DNA of 64,000 bases from Dehalococcoidia bacterium (GTDB taxonomy: Bacteria; Chloroflexota; Dehalococcoidia; Lucifugimonadales; Australimonadaceae). The notes below the pieces were generated by a model. That model did not search any database. It saw nothing but the letters and a program-made list of their open reading frames with translations, and was not told the origin of the DNA. Location of the stretch: assembly GCA_034423175.1 (NCBI GenBank), contig DAOUJA010000042.1:16610-80609 (forward strand), read 5' to 3'. How positions within the stretch are numbered: the first letter of the stretch is position 1; each line of letters begins with the position of its first letter. The position numbers and the translations under genes were made by a program. Below are positions 63,746 through 64,000 of this stretch, in pieces.

Positions 63746-64000
63746 CGGCGCCCCCGAGCAGCAGACCTACGCGTCCTCCGGCGTCGACACTGACGAGGCA
63801 GCCAGGGGACTCTCCGGCCTGCTGCGGTGGGTGGCGGAGACGTCCGCGTTCGCGGACGGCATGGGCGCATCGCCGGTCCCCGGCGGCTTCTTCGCCGCCG
63901 TCCTTCCGTTGAACGACCGGCTCTCGCTCGCCATCTCTACGGACGGTGTCGGCTCCAAGAGCGTGCTCGCGCAGCTGACCGGGGACTTCGAGTCGATAGG
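63738..64000 (+). CDS. purM: phosphoribosylformylglycinamidine cyclo-ligase (AIR synthase), 5' partial
   Basis: ATG at 63738 overlaps the preceding stop (ATGTCTGA). YASSGVDTDEA... and ISTDGVGSK motifs. Runs off the window end. Confidence 0.75.
   Translation, partial: MSDGAPEQQTYASSGVDTDEAARGLSGLLRWVAETSAFADGMGASPVPGGFFAAVLPLNDRLSLAISTDGVGSKSVLAQLTGDFESI

Overview
High-GC bacterial chromosomal segment with no rRNA genes and no CRISPR array. Sampled 60-nt lines in the core are far above 60% G+C (18661-18720 has 50/60 G+C). Gene content suggests a Chloroflexota-like heterotroph, but this is a low-confidence inference. It rests on a stripped-down rsmH-ftsA-ftsZ division cluster without mur/fts cell-wall genes, three amidohydrolase-2 paralogues, and several cupin and Rieske oxygenases.

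I call about 65 CDS and four tRNAs: Ala-TGC, His-GTG, Pro-CGG and Lys-CTT. Housekeeping genes include yitJ-like Hcy-methyltransferase/MTHFR, lctP, rsmH, ftsA, ftsZ, nrdR, pdxA, proC, yggT, degV, pepA, pcrA/uvrD, iscA, ygfZ, fabG, plsX, nadK, prs, an IPMDH-family gene and the purM 5' end. Many neighbouring genes share 1-8 nt start/stop overlaps (GTGA, ATGA), which supports the operon calls.

Three regions stand out:
1. Positions 1-9.6 kb are a lower-GC aromatic-catabolism block with amidohydrolase-2 x2, a DapA-like aldolase, two tandem gentisate-dioxygenase-like bicupins and an ATPase-less ABC importer. It ends at an IS256-family transposase remnant and tRNA-Ala.
2. Positions 27.0-34.3 kb are a six-gene minus-strand operon. 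A Rieske oxygenase heads it and is translationally coupled to an oversized, divergent PEPCK(ATP)-fold protein, followed by RidA, dienelactone hydrolase, a quinone oxidoreductase and an MFS transporter.
3. Positions 34.4-37.8 kb are an accessory patch next to tRNA-Pro. It holds a lone, host-adapted phage terminase-large-subunit homologue, a low-GC Zn-ribbon/DUF4145 (HEPN-like) gene and a DUF433/DUF5615 toxin-antitoxin pair.

Other notable items are an ECF sigma factor with an anti-sigma/VWA fusion, a DUF3090/SCO1664 pair coupled to prs, a family of small coiled-coil (partly tail-anchored) proteins, and several families of palindromic intergenic repeats. All functional calls come from motif recognition by eye. 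No database search was run.
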